Shown here: positions 27,479 through 37,782 of the stretch, piece after piece
How the letters are laid out: every line of letters begins with the position of its first letter
Position numbering within the stretch: the stretch's first letter is position 1
Sequence record: MT446411.1
Source of the DNA: Escherichia virus TH40
Length of the DNA: 64,000 nucleotides
Reading direction: 5' to 3' (one strand)
The notes under the pieces: model-generated
Database searches by the model: none
What the model was told of the DNA's origin: nothing
The model's input: only the letters and a program-made list of their open reading frames with translations
Position numbers and translations under genes: made by a program

Positions 27479-28000
27479 ATGAGCACTGACCTAGGAGACT
27501 CCATGGAAGGAGCCTCAATCGATGTTACGTTTACAGCTCAATTAGAAACAAACGAAACATTAGTCGAAATAAATATAACTGAATATGAGGCCACCCCTGG
27601 CGTTAATGTTGAGGGAAATCATCTTTATGGTGTTTATGAATCCGTGTTCGGATTTGCAGATGATGCACTTAAATATCGGCTTAATGATGAATTTAAAACT
27701 GCTGGTTCATGGGAAGACCTTCCTACCGATAAGAGTACTCAATTGTATCTCTGGAGGGCCCCATCGAGCCTCCAGAAGGTCTTTTCATACACGGTAACCC
27801 TAACCTATGATTTTCAAGAAGAGAGCTCTGGTGGAGACACAGGGAACTCTGGTGGCAGTAATAGCCGTACAGGTAATGAGACCGACCCACCTCCTGCTCC
27901 AGTAAGAAAGACAATGACAAAAGTTTACACAAAAACTATCGTTGGCAACTGGTCAAGATGGGCCGATAAATTGCGTTCATACGTATACGCGAGGGATTAA
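27479..28000 (+). CDS. hypothetical protein in gene 5.1 position (start uncertain; alternatives 27443 ATG, 27440 TTG)
   Basis: ORF between gene 5 and 5.4. Confidence 0.5.
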   Translation: MSTDLGDSMEGASIDVTFTAQLETNETLVEINITEYEATPGVNVEGNHLYGVYESVFGFADDALKYRLNDEFKTAGSWEDLPTDKSTQLYLWRAPSSLQKVFSYTVTLTYDFQEESSGGDTGNSGGSNSRTGNETDPPPAPVRKTMTKVYTKTIVGNWSRWADKLRSYVYARD

Positions 28001-28293
28001 TGGCTGGATTAAGTTTTAATCAATGTGTTACAGCAGGCCACGAAGCATGGCCGCCGACTGTAATTAATGCAACTCAAGGTAAAGTATTCACCGGGGGAAT
28101 TCCAGTATTAGTTGCCGGAGACCCTATTACCGAGCATACCGAAATTAAAAAACCATATGAAACCCACGGCGGAGTAACACAACCGCGTACATCAAAGGTA
28201 TTCGTTACCGGTAAGAAAGCTGTTCAAATGGCAGACCCGATTTCATGTGGTGATACTGTGGCTCAAGCCTCATCAAAAGTCTTTATAAAATAG
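28000..28293 (+). CDS. 5.4: PAAR-like baseplate spike tip protein gp5.4
   Basis: 97 aa; [20 protein letters not shown]...[18 protein letters not shown] matches T4 gp5.4. Confidence 0.9.
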   Translation: MAGLSFNQCVTAGHEAWPPTVINATQGKVFTGGIPVLVAGDPITEHTEIKKPYETHGGVTQPRTSKVFVTGKKAVQMADPISCGDTVAQASSKVFIK

Positions 28294-28301
28294 GAAATAA
28301 A

Positions 28302-30248
28302 ATGGCTACTCCTACGAATTACCAATTAACAAGAACCGTTAACGCTATCCCAAAAGTATTTGTGGGAGCTACGTTTGAAGAAATTAAAAAGAACATCATC
28401 GACTGGTTATCAAGCCAGGATGAATTTAAGGATTATGATTTCGTAGGTTCGCGAATGAATATCCTGATTGACATGCTTGCATATAATACATTGTATATGC
28501 AGCAGTTTGCTAATACAGCGGTTTATGAATCATTTATCGGAACTGCAAACTTAAGGTCTTCAGTTGTTCAGGCTGCGCAGGATAATGGATATCTTCCATC
28601 TTCTCGCTCGGCTGCAAAGACTTCGGTTATGTTGACATGTTCTCATGCTCTACAACCATCGAATATTGAAATCCCACGAGGAACTAAATTCCTGGCTTAT
28701 GCTCGTGATACATCAGCTGACCCTTATGTTTTTGTTACCACGGAAAACGTTATCGCGGTTAAAGATATTAACAACCAATACCTTCCGATTGTATCTCTGG
28801 CACAGGGTCGTATTATTCGTACGGAACTTTTATATGACCCGAAACAACCTATTCTTATCCGCGACCCGGATATTGACCGCAAAGAAGTTAAGTTATATGT
28901 GAATGGTGTTGAGTGGGATGACTGGACGAACAAATCAATGGTTCACGCTGGTTCGACTTCCACCATATTTTATATGCGTGAAACAATTGATGGCTATACC
29001 GAATTTTTCTTCGGTGAAGGTGAATCCACCAAATCTGTGGCCGGTGGCGTTATGGAAGCCAACTATATTGGCGGTCTTAAACCTGTGCAAGATTCAACAA
29101 TTGTTATTGAGTATCTTCGCACTTCCGGGGCAGATGCAAACGGCGCTGTTGATTTTAGTTATGCTGATACTTTGTCTTATATTACAGTGGATAAAATTAC
29201 CGAAAACTATAATAACGACCCTGATTATGTCGGTGCTGATGGTGGCGGTGACCCAGAAGATATCGAACGTATCCGTGAACTGGCTGTTGTTAAACGTGAA
29301 GCGCAGATGCGTGCTGTCACCGGAACAGATTATGATACCTTCGTATCCGAAAGATTTGGGTCAATTGTACAAGCCGTGCAGACGTTTACAGACGCTAATA
29401 AACCTGGATATGCGTTTATATCAGTTAAGCCTAAATCGGGCTTGTATCTCACTGCAGTGCAGCGTGAGGACATCCAGAACTACCTTAGCGAGTTCAACGT
29501 ATCAACAATTACACCATCGGTAATTTCTCCGGATTATTTGTTCCTTAAACATAATATCAAAGTGTCTTATGCGCTGAACAAATTGCAAGAATCTGAACAA
29601 TGGTTGCAAGCACAAATCATTAATCAGATTGACCGTTATTATATTGATGAAGTTGAAATCTTTAACAGAAGTTTTGCTAAGTCAAAAATGCTTACATACG
29701 TGGATAATACCGACCATAGTATTCTTGGCTCGTCTGCAACCATTTCGATGGTGCGTGAAGTCCTGAACTTCTTTAAGACTCCGGAATCCGGCATTAAATA
29801 CTATAACCAGTATGGCAACCGTTCAGTCGAATCAAGCGAATTTGAATTTGTTCCGACTACGGGTGAAGCCTATAACGTTCGCATTGTTGCAACTGATAAA
29901 GATTCTCGCGGTGATGGCAAAATGGTAATTGGTCCATTCCGTCCGGGTGATGTTATCGAAAACGTAAACATCCAGCCTTACCTACAAGATGACTTTAATA
30001 AAATGGAAGCTCCGGCTGACCAAACAGTTTATTACGCAATTGGCGAAATTGACTATTACTCTGACTATATTTTTTGGGATATCGCCGCGATTGGATTGAC
30101 ATCCGAGCGCTTTGAAGTTCAATCAATCGAACTTTATGCAAGTCCCAACCAAGATAATATATACACGCAAGATGGTTCACTGATTGTATTTGAGAATGAC
30201 CTTCGTCCGCAATATACAAAGATTGACCTTGAACCGATTACACTATAA
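28302..30248 (+). CDS. 6: baseplate wedge protein gp6
   Basis: 648 aa; size and order match T4 gp6. Confidence 0.88.
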   Translation: MATPTNYQLTRTVNAIPKVFVGATFEEIKKNIIDWLSSQDEFKDYDFVGSRMNILIDMLAYNTLYMQQFANTAVYESFIGTANLRSSVVQAAQDNGYLPSSRSAAKTSVMLTCSHALQPSNIEIPRGTKFLAYARDTSADPYVFVTTENVIAVKDINNQYLPIVSLAQGRIIRTELLYDPKQPILIRDPDIDRKEVKLYVNGVEWDDWTNKSMVHAGSTSTIFYMRETIDGYTEFFFGEGESTKSVAGGVMEANYIGGLKPVQDSTIVIEYLRTSGADANGAVDFSYADTLSYITVDKITENYNNDPDYVGADGGGDPEDIERIRELAVVKREAQMRAVTGTDYDTFVSERFGSIVQAVQTFTDANKPGYAFISVKPKSGLYLTAVQREDIQNYLSEFNVSTITPSVISPDYLFLKHNIKVSYALNKLQESEQWLQAQIINQIDRYYIDEVEIFNRSFAKSKMLTYVDNTDHSILGSSATISMVREVLNFFKTPESGIKYYNQYGNRSVESSEFEFVPTTGEAYNVRIVATDKDSRGDGKMVIGPFRPGDVIENVNIQPYLQDDFNKMEAPADQTVYYAIGEIDYYSDYIFWDIAAIGLTSERFEVQSIELYASPNQDNIYTQDGSLIVFENDLRPQYTKIDLEPITL

Positions 30249-30250
30249 GC

Positions 30251-30270
30251 CTCTTCGGAGGCTTTTTAAG
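30251..30270 (+). terminator. intrinsic terminator
   Basis: gcctc-ttcg-gaggc followed by ttttt right after gene 6 stop. Confidence 0.6.
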
Positions 30271-30276
30271 GAAACC

Positions 30277-33200
30277 ATGATGAGTGTTAAAGCCCCTTAT
30301 GTAACCAGCTTACGGATTGATAAACTATCTGCTAACCAGGTTAGCATAAAATGGGATAATGTTGGCGCCAACTTTTATTATTTTGTTGAGATTGCTACGA
30401 CAAAAGAAAATGGTGTTGCTATTCCAGAAGAAAATCTGTTATGGAGGAATTTAGGTTATACTCCAGACAATGAATGGTTCGAACAAAATTTTATTCGTCC
30501 AGTATCATTTTACAAAATGCGTGTTGCTGTTGCAGCAATGGGTTTTGAACAATCTGATTGGGTTTATACCGAAGAATTTGAAACCTTTGCAACTAACGCA
30601 TATACATTTGAGCACATGCGTGAATTTACATTAACAAATAAATTCATCGAAGAAAAATTTACAAACAATAACCAAGCTTATATCAACTTTAATAATGATG
30701 CAATTATGGCATCGCTGATGTCTGAAGATTTTAGCTTTACTCCTGCGTATTCTCATTTGTCTTCAATTTCAAACTATGTATTAAAAGAAGACCAATACCA
30801 CGAAATCCAGGGTAGCATTCAGCCGGTGTGTAACGATGTTAATCGTACGATGATTGCTGAACTCGGTGGCGTACTGTATTTGTTTGAACGATTCCAGACA
30901 ACTGTCAAAGTCTCCAATGATAAAGGGCAGAACTGGTATTATGTAAAATTGTTTAATGACCGTATCGGTAACCCGGTATCGCGCACAATTTATTATCAAT
31001 CAGATACGACAACTTATGTACTCGGGTATGACCGAATTTTTTACGGCCGCAAATCAAGTGACATAAGATGGTCTGCTGATGATATTCGATTCAGTTCCCA
31101 GGATATAACATTTGCAAAAATTGGTTCGGATATCAATCTTGGATTTGATATTGAAATATTTGGCACATACGCAAGACTTCCTGCTTATATCTCGACAATT
31201 GCCGAAGCAATCACTACGACCGATTCCATGATTTACGTTGCCGGGCGCGACCGCGTGTACAAAGCTAAATCTTCTGATGCTCCAATTGATAACGACCCCA
31301 ACTCCCCAACATTCGGTGAAAAATTATTTGAAGCTGGATATAGCACAATAAGTGGTAACCCAAAAGCTGTTTGTTATAAGATGGATGCAATTGATGGTGA
31401 AGTATTTGCATTAATCACGGGGGAAGTAAAAGAAGAGCGACAAGACCCGACTAAACCTGAAAACGTTGTCGATTCGTTATCTAAGGGCGTTTATAAATTA
31501 AATGCTGACACCGATACATGGACACGAGTTTTTGGTAACACAGAGGATGAACGTCGACGTATTGAACATGGTTACACAAGCATGTCAACCGACGGAATTG
31601 AACTTTTTATCAGTTCAAGTAACTTCCGTTATTCCGTAGAGCCGGATACTGAACTCCCTGCTAAGTATCCTGAAGAAGTTAATGAAGCAGTCAAATATGT
31701 GTATGACGAACAATGGATACATGACAAGCATTATTTGATGATGAGTTTTAGGTCGAATAAAGATTCAGGTTGGGAAGAGTTTAAACCTGGCCGTATGTCA
31801 TATTACGCTGAACCGTTCTTTAACTGGTCTCGTCGTGATGATACTCGTTGTTGGATTACTACGTCAGACAGAGCTCTGGTTGTATATAATGACATGCTGT
31901 ATCAAAAGATTATCGATACCTTTGGTGGTTCATCCCCTGAACGTATTGTACACGAATACTGGAATAAAGGTCAAGTAAAAGTTACTTCTCCTAACATCGA
32001 ATTCAATGGCTTTAAAAAATACGCCTCGGGTATTATGTTACACAAAAATACTGGAGAGCTTATTGGCTATTTTGAATTTGACTATCGTAGGCGTGATGAA
32101 GTTAGATTAATCTGGAAACCGAAAGAAGTTATGTTCACTGCAGAATTACAGAACCAGGAACATGATATTCCATGGACACCAGATAATGACGAACAAGAGA
32201 AAGACCCAGACTTGCGTCCTCTTTTAACAAAGATGGTTCCAGATAGTTATTTGCTCCAGGATAGCAACTTTGAAAAATTCTGTGAATATTATTTGCAGTT
32301 TATCAGTGATGGCTCTGGTACATATTATAACAACCTTTTGAACTTAATTCGCAACCAGTACCCGCGCGAGGAAGATGCATGGGAATACCTTTGGAGCGAA
32401 ATGTACAAAAGAAATATATATTTGTCAAAGACCAAGCGTGACGAAGTAGTTCGTTTCTTTGAAGCAAGACAGTCTGATTTTTGGGCCACTAAGGGTACTG
32501 AAGCATCCTATAAATTTTTGTTCAAATTGTTATATAATGAAGACGTTGAAATCGATATTGAATCCAAGAACGGAACCGAGTATGACATAATCGTCGAATC
32601 TGATAACATCAGCGAAGATATTGTTGGACAAACAATTTACACACCAACTGGTCGCAGTAACGTTACTTATATGGAACGTGACTACAAACAGGGTAAATTG
32701 AGATGGCGTATCACGATTCATAACTTACTTGGTCGCTTTATTGTTGGGCAAGAAATTAAATCCGAAAGGACTTCCTTTGAAGGTATGATTGTTCAGGGTG
32801 TTCGTGGGAAAGAATTACTTAGCAACAACATCGATTATATCAACCGAAATCGTTCTTACTATGTAATGACCATTAAATCAAGTCTCCCAACATCTCGTTA
32901 TCGTAATGACGTATTGCGATTTGTTCATCCGGTTGGATTTGGATTCGTTGGAATTACATTATTGACAATGTTTGTTAATGCTGGTCTGTCATTAAAACAT
33001 ACCGAAACTATTATCAATAAACTGAACAACTATCGTTGGTCGTCAGGTATTCCGTCAGAATGGTGCGACCGTATCGCAGTTATTGGGGCCGATGGAAACA
33101 TTGAGCGTAGTCCTGTTACAGGTGAAGCGGTATATAATATTGCTCCTAATGCAGGTTTACCATTCCCATTACCAGCAGATTATGATGCCGAAAACGATTT

Positions 33201-33375
33201 TTCAGATTTTCATGGGACTCTCCCGTCTGAACGTCGTAAAAAATACAGTCCATTGTTTGACCAGTCTGCCGTGACTTTTGCTAACTGGCGCAATTTGGTT
33301 AATCAACGTCTTAAGGATGATATTGGTAATCCACGCGACCCGAAAGAACCCACACAGGTAAAGGTAAATGAATAA
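30277..33375 (+). CDS. 7: baseplate wedge protein gp7
   Basis: ATG at 30277 (AAGGA SD) gives 1032 aa = T4 gp7 length; MMSVKAPYVTSLRIDKLSANQV matches T4 gp7. Confidence 0.9.
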   Translation: MMSVKAPYVTSLRIDKLSANQVSIKWDNVGANFYYFVEIATTKENGVAIPEENLLWRNLGYTPDNEWFEQNFIRPVSFYKMRVAVAAMGFEQSDWVYTEEFETFATNAYTFEHMREFTLTNKFIEEKFTNNNQAYINFNNDAIMASLMSEDFSFTPAYSHLSSISNYVLKEDQYHEIQGSIQPVCNDVNRTMIAELGGVLYLFERFQTTVKVSNDKGQNWYYVKLFNDRIGNPVSRTIYYQSDTTTYVLGYDRIFYGRKSSDIRWSADDIRFSSQDITFAKIGSDINLGFDIEIFGTYARLPAYISTIAEAITTTDSMIYVAGRDRVYKAKSSDAPIDNDPNSPTFGEKLFEAGYSTISGNPKAVCYKMDAIDGEVFALITGEVKEERQDPTKPENVVDSLSKGVYKLNADTDTWTRVFGNTEDERRRIEHGYTSMSTDGIELFISSSNFRYSVEPDTELPAKYPEEVNEAVKYVYDEQWIHDKHYLMMSFRSNKDSGWEEFKPGRMSYYAEPFFNWSRRDDTRCWITTSDRALVVYNDMLYQKIIDTFGGSSPERIVHEYWNKGQVKVTSPNIEFNGFKKYASGIMLHKNTGELIGYFEFDYRRRDEVRLIWKPKEVMFTAELQNQEHDIPWTPDNDEQEKDPDLRPLLTKMVPDSYLLQDSNFEKFCEYYLQFISDGSGTYYNNLLNLIRNQYPREEDAWEYLWSEMYKRNIYLSKTKRDEVVRFFEARQSDFWATKGTEASYKFLFKLLYNEDVEIDIESKNGTEYDIIVESDNISEDIVGQTIYTPTGRSNVTYMERDYKQGKLRWRITIHNLLGRFIVGQEIKSERTSFEGMIVQGVRGKELLSNNIDYINRNRSYYVMTIKSSLPTSRYRNDVLRFVHPVGFGFVGITLLTMFVNAGLSLKHTETIINKLNNYRWSSGIPSEWCDRIAVIGADGNIERSPVTGEAVYNIAPNAGLPFPLPADYDAENDFSDFHGTLPSERRKKYSPLFDQSAVTFANWRNLVNQRLKDDIGNPRDPKEPTQVKVNE

Positions 33376-34372
33376 TTCATCTGTAGTTTATCGTTCGATA
33401 ATTACCTCGAAATTTCGAACTGAAAAAATGTATAACTTTTATAAAATGATTGGTAACGAGCCTGACCAGAATACGATGTATGTAACATTCGGTCGTGCTG
33501 AACCCTGGGCTTCGAATGAGAATGACCCGGGGTTCGCCCCTCCTTATCCGGTTGATACAGCACAAGGTGTTGAAGATACTTGGACCAATATGATGGGGGC
33601 AGTCAAAGTTTATAAATCAATGCTTGATTGTGTTGTCCCACGTAAAGACTGGGGCGATATCAGATATCCTAATCCGCTTAACTTCCAGGTAGGGGAAATT
33701 GTTGTAGCTAACAGTGCTCCATATAACCGAACTGATGTTGGTAAAGGTTGGATGGTTTATCGTTGCGTGGATGTTCCTGATGTTGGGACTTGCTCCATTT
33801 ATTCCATTATCAATAAAGAAGAGTGCTTAAAACTCGGTGGTAAATGGACGGCAGAATATAACTCGACGAGAGCTCCAGCAGGGACTGGCGACACTGAAGG
33901 ACGAGTTGATATGGGCGATGGTTATCTCTGGGAATATTTGTATGAGATTCCGCCTGATGTATCCATCAACCGTTGTACTAACGAATATATTGTTGTTCCA
34001 TGGCCTGAAGAAATCGAAGAAGACCCGTCACGTTGGGGTTACAAAGACAATATCAGCTGGCAACAAGATGATTTCGGTTTAATATATAGAATCAAAGGAT
34101 ATACAATCAGATTTAAAGCATTTATGGATTCCATTTACTTCCCGGAATTCAGTCTCCCGGGAAACAAAGGCTTCCGACAGCTGTCGATTATATCCAACCC
34201 ACTTGAAGTTAAAGTACATCCTAATGACCCAAATATCAAAGCAATCAAAGAATACTACGATGCAATTGATTTGGACCGTCATTCTGGGGAAATGATTTAT
34301 ATGGAAAACCGCCCACCAATTATTCGTGCAATGGACCAGACAGAAGAAGTTAACATTATTTTTGAATTCTAA
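33368..34372 (+). CDS. 8: baseplate wedge protein gp8
   Basis: 334 aa, same as T4 gp8. Confidence 0.88.
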   Translation: MNNSSVVYRSIITSKFRTEKMYNFYKMIGNEPDQNTMYVTFGRAEPWASNENDPGFAPPYPVDTAQGVEDTWTNMMGAVKVYKSMLDCVVPRKDWGDIRYPNPLNFQVGEIVVANSAPYNRTDVGKGWMVYRCVDVPDVGTCSIYSIINKEECLKLGGKWTAEYNSTRAPAGTGDTEGRVDMGDGYLWEYLYEIPPDVSINRCTNEYIVVPWPEEIEEDPSRWGYKDNISWQQDDFGLIYRIKGYTIRFKAFMDSIYFPEFSLPGNKGFRQLSIISNPLEVKVHPNDPNIKAIKEYYDAIDLDRHSGEMIYMENRPPIIRAMDQTEEVNIIFEF

Positions 34373-34374
34373 CT

Positions 34375-34396
34375 AGGGACCTTCGGGTCCCTTTTT
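34375..34396 (+). terminator. intrinsic terminator
   Basis: gggacc-ttcg-ggtccc followed by tttttt. Confidence 0.7.
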
Positions 34397-34400
34397 TATT

Positions 34401-34408
34401 CTATAAAT
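34401..34408 (+). promoter_or_regulatory. T4-type late promoter TATAAATA
   Basis: exact motif 29 nt upstream of gene 9 ATG. Confidence 0.6.
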
Positions 34409-34436
34409 ATAGCTATATCAATAACGAGGCTTACCT

Positions 34437-35306
34437 ATGATTAATCAAACCCCAAAATTATTAGTAGACATCGGCGAGATTGGTAACGCCAGCACCGGTG
34501 ATATTCTATATGAAGGCGGTCGTAAACTGAACGTGGATTTAGACAGTTTGTATAATACATTTGGCGACCAGCGTCTGTACTCTGTGAACAATGGAGAAAA
34601 CACCCAGGTCCTTCATGCGACTGGGTACTATCAAAAAGCTACAAATATCATCGAATGGAACTCAACTGTTGCTCTCGGTTCTATGCGTGATGTCAATACT
34701 GCCGAAGGTGTTATCACCGCAAGAATTGCAAAAGGTAAAGCAGGCGAAGGTGTTATCTTTATTAACTCCAATGGTTCATTATCTACCTCGATGCCTCTGG
34801 AAGTTGAACTACAAGGCACGGATTCATTCCTGACCGCTGCAACGAACAAAATGAAATTTACTCAGCCTTATACAAAAATTACATTGTGGTGTATTGACGA
34901 TGCTAACGGCGTAGGGACCTGGGACTACAAAATTGAAAGTATGTTTGGTAACCAATCTGTATTGCTCGACAAAACATACAATATGAGCTCGGTTGTTCGT
35001 GATATTCCAATCGCTTACCGCGCAGATTATAAAACTATCAAATTGATGCTGACAGCTATTTCAACAGACGAAACTAAATACAAAGCATCAGAAATGTTAC
35101 TTTACATCGACCTTAAAGCCCGCAAGGTATATAGCACAGAATACGCTGTAATCAGACGTGGACAAGCTAACGACGATGATGAGATATATGCTATCGATTT
35201 TAGAATTGATAACCAGGACATCATACAGGCGGCTATAAGCTCACCCACTGCCATGAAGCTCGCTATTAAAGTAATTTCCGCCCAAACAATCGGAGTACCG
35301 GTATAA
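34437..35306 (+). CDS. 9: baseplate protein gp9 (long tail fiber socket)
   Basis: 289 aa (T4 gp9 288 aa). Confidence 0.88.
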   Translation: MINQTPKLLVDIGEIGNASTGDILYEGGRKLNVDLDSLYNTFGDQRLYSVNNGENTQVLHATGYYQKATNIIEWNSTVALGSMRDVNTAEGVITARIAKGKAGEGVIFINSNGSLSTSMPLEVELQGTDSFLTAATNKMKFTQPYTKITLWCIDDANGVGTWDYKIESMFGNQSVLLDKTYNMSSVVRDIPIAYRADYKTIKLMLTAISTDETKYKASEMLLYIDLKARKVYSTEYAVIRRGQANDDDEIYAIDFRIDNQDIIQAAISSPTAMKLAIKVISAQTIGVPV

Positions 35307-37117
35307 TGAAACAGAATTTAAAAATTGGAAATATGGTTGATGATGGTACGGGTGATTACCTTCGTCTCGGCGGTCAAAAAATAAATAATAACTTTGATGA
35401 CCTTTATTATCAGCTAGGGGACGGTGAAAATCCCCATGCAGCTGGTGCATGGAAAACTTGGACTACGCAAGAAGGTACCGAGTTGTCCGCTGTTATGGGC
35501 CGAAGCTATACCATCGATACATCAGCGGGTGCCGTTCGAGTCGTCCTTCCGAAAGGAACAACTCAAGAATACAATTATGTAATTCGCTTGCGTGATGTGT
35601 TTGCTACCTGGCAAATCAACCCGGTGACAATTGTTCCTGCAGTCGGGGATACGATTAAAGGCTCACCGAATCCAGTAGAAATTAAACGCAACTTAGCCGA
35701 CCTTGAACTTGTATATTGTTCACCAGGTCGTTGGGAATATATCGATAATAAACAAGTCGATAAAATTTCAAATAACGACGTTGCCACAGTTGCATCCCAA
35801 CAGTTTATTGCCACCGAAGGACAAACTGACTTTATCAATGTGTTTGGTGCTATTCCATATAGCGTATCGAACTTAGAAGTCAAACATCGTGGTAACGACC
35901 TGTTTTATGGTAAAGATGATATTTTTGACCCGGTGAATGCTGAATTTGGTTCCCCTGGTGCAAACCCTGGTGAAATCGTTGCGCTTGATGGTAAAAGCAT
36001 CCGTCTGAAAATGCCATGTGCTGAAGGTGATACTGTTATCATCCGAACATTTAATGATGGTATTGCTCAATGGCGTAGTTCGTATAATCGTCGTGATATA
36101 CTTGTTCGTAGTCAAGACAGGACCAAAGAAACAACAATTAATGGTTCTTTGATTGTTACAGATTTGGCAACCAAACACACCTTTACAATTGAAGAACTTG
36201 GTATTTCTCCGGGTAGCCCAATTAACCCAAACGCATGTCAGGTATTCATTAACAGTATTTTACAACATCAGGCTGGTACTGCGGGAACTCCAGTATTTTA
36301 TTGTGAAGGTGCACAAGGTTCTACTGCTGCAGAATGTAGTGCAAATGGTGGTAGCTGGTCTGAATCAAACCAGGATTATTTGCTGCAATTTGATGATGAT
36401 AACCGTATCGAAGGCATTAGCATTTACCGTGAATTTGAAGACGGTGATATTCTGTCGGTCATTTGGTACAATAACGATATCGGCACAACTATGACCATGG
36501 ATGAAATCCGTGATGAGACTGATACTCTTTATGTTTCTCAGGGCAATACGTTGAGCCTAACCGGTCGTGTGCGTATTACAGATTTTGATAATCCGTTTGC
36601 ACCAAACGTTGAACCAGTCGGTCTTCAGGAAGTTGTTCCATCTTCTGTTGGCGCTATCTTTGAATTATTCTATCCGGTCGGTACAATTTACGAAAATACG
36701 GTTAACCCAAATAACCCGGTTACTTATATGGGATTTGGTTCATGGAAACGTTTGAAAGAACGTGTAATTGTTGCCTGGTCAGACGACCCTGCCTCAAACT
36801 TCCATACAAACAATAATGACCTGGATTCTGGTGGTAACCCACAAGCGACAGCAGGTGGTACAGGTGGTAGCGTTGAAGTTCATATTAAAGATATAAACGT
36901 ACCTAAACTTGAAACTGATGAGAAGGTTTTAGTTGTTGATGATAATGGCCCGATTGTTGTCGGTGGTTGTCAGGTAGACCCGGATGCACAAGGTCCAGCC
37001 TATACCAAATACAGAGAAGACAAAGCCACCATTAACCAGGCGCAAGACCCTCAAGCTCAACCGGTTTATACAATGCCTCCATATTTGATTGCTCATCGCT
37101 GGGTAAGGATTGCTTAA
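35306..37117 (+). CDS. 10: baseplate wedge protein gp10
   Basis: 603 aa (T4 gp10 602 aa). Confidence 0.88.
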   Translation: MKQNLKIGNMVDDGTGDYLRLGGQKINNNFDDLYYQLGDGENPHAAGAWKTWTTQEGTELSAVMGRSYTIDTSAGAVRVVLPKGTTQEYNYVIRLRDVFATWQINPVTIVPAVGDTIKGSPNPVEIKRNLADLELVYCSPGRWEYIDNKQVDKISNNDVATVASQQFIATEGQTDFINVFGAIPYSVSNLEVKHRGNDLFYGKDDIFDPVNAEFGSPGANPGEIVALDGKSIRLKMPCAEGDTVIIRTFNDGIAQWRSSYNRRDILVRSQDRTKETTINGSLIVTDLATKHTFTIEELGISPGSPINPNACQVFINSILQHQAGTAGTPVFYCEGAQGSTAAECSANGGSWSESNQDYLLQFDDDNRIEGISIYREFEDGDILSVIWYNNDIGTTMTMDEIRDETDTLYVSQGNTLSLTGRVRITDFDNPFAPNVEPVGLQEVVPSSVGAIFELFYPVGTIYENTVNPNNPVTYMGFGSWKRLKERVIVAWSDDPASNFHTNNNDLDSGGNPQATAGGTGGSVEVHIKDINVPKLETDEKVLVVDDNGPIVVGGCQVDPDAQGPAYTKYREDKATINQAQDPQAQPVYTMPPYLIAHRWVRIA

Positions 37118-37782
37118 TGAAAACATTAACGAATAAAAAGGCTGGAGTAATTTCCCGCCTTGCTAGTTGCTTAGAATTTCAAAATACATCAAAAAATATT
37201 ACGGCTGTCATGGGTCAACGAGCAATCGGCGGCCCATCTGCAACACAAACAACCGAGGGTATTTTTTATCCAACAGTTCAGAGCGCAATAGATGATATTG
37301 CGTTTCGATATGAGCTTCCGGTTGGCAGTGTAATTACTAATACGAATAACCTTTCTCCTGCGGCAATCAGTCAGTCGGATAAAATTAAATTTACCGGGTC
37401 TATTTCTGGTGCTGGAGTTGGTGATACTGTTTTATTTTTCATTTTTGGTATTCCAGTTGAGGTTATTGTCGGGGATTCGGCTGTATTAGTTGCTTCCAAG
37501 GTTAACGATGCTTTGTTAGCGGCTGTTGCTGATAGTTTAATTGTGTCAAGCTCTGCAATTGATAGTGTAGACCAGTCTATATTAAATATTACATATAACG
37601 ATTATCAAAACCATAATTTTGCACCTTTTGCTCAATATGGTTGTACGCTTAGCCAGACTATTATACAACAACCGCGCGGTGGTTATGGTTCCTGGGAATA
37701 TCTTGGAACTTCAACCCAGACATTATCAGGTGGCACAGCAGATGGCGCAATTTCACTTTACCATTATAAGCGAGTATCGTAA
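37117..37782 (+). CDS. 11: baseplate wedge protein gp11 (short tail fiber connector)
   Basis: 221 aa. Confidence 0.85.
   Translation: MKTLTNKKAGVISRLASCLEFQNTSKNITAVMGQRAIGGPSATQTTEGIFYPTVQSAIDDIAFRYELPVGSVITNTNNLSPAAISQSDKIKFTGSISGAGVGDTVLFFIFGIPVEVIVGDSAVLVASKVNDALLAAVADSLIVSSSAIDSVDQSILNITYNDYQNHNFAPFAQYGCTLSQTIIQQPRGGYGSWEYLGTSTQTLSGGTADGAISLYHYKRVS

Noticed and set aside
28281-28290. TATAAAATA upstream of gene 6
   Set aside because: One-base insertion relative to the strict TATAAATA late motif; not called as a promoter.
30184-30276. Upstream extension of gene 7 in the ORF track
   Set aside because: The extension spans the intrinsic terminator after gene 6; ATG at 30277 with AAGGA SD gives exactly the T4 gp7 length.
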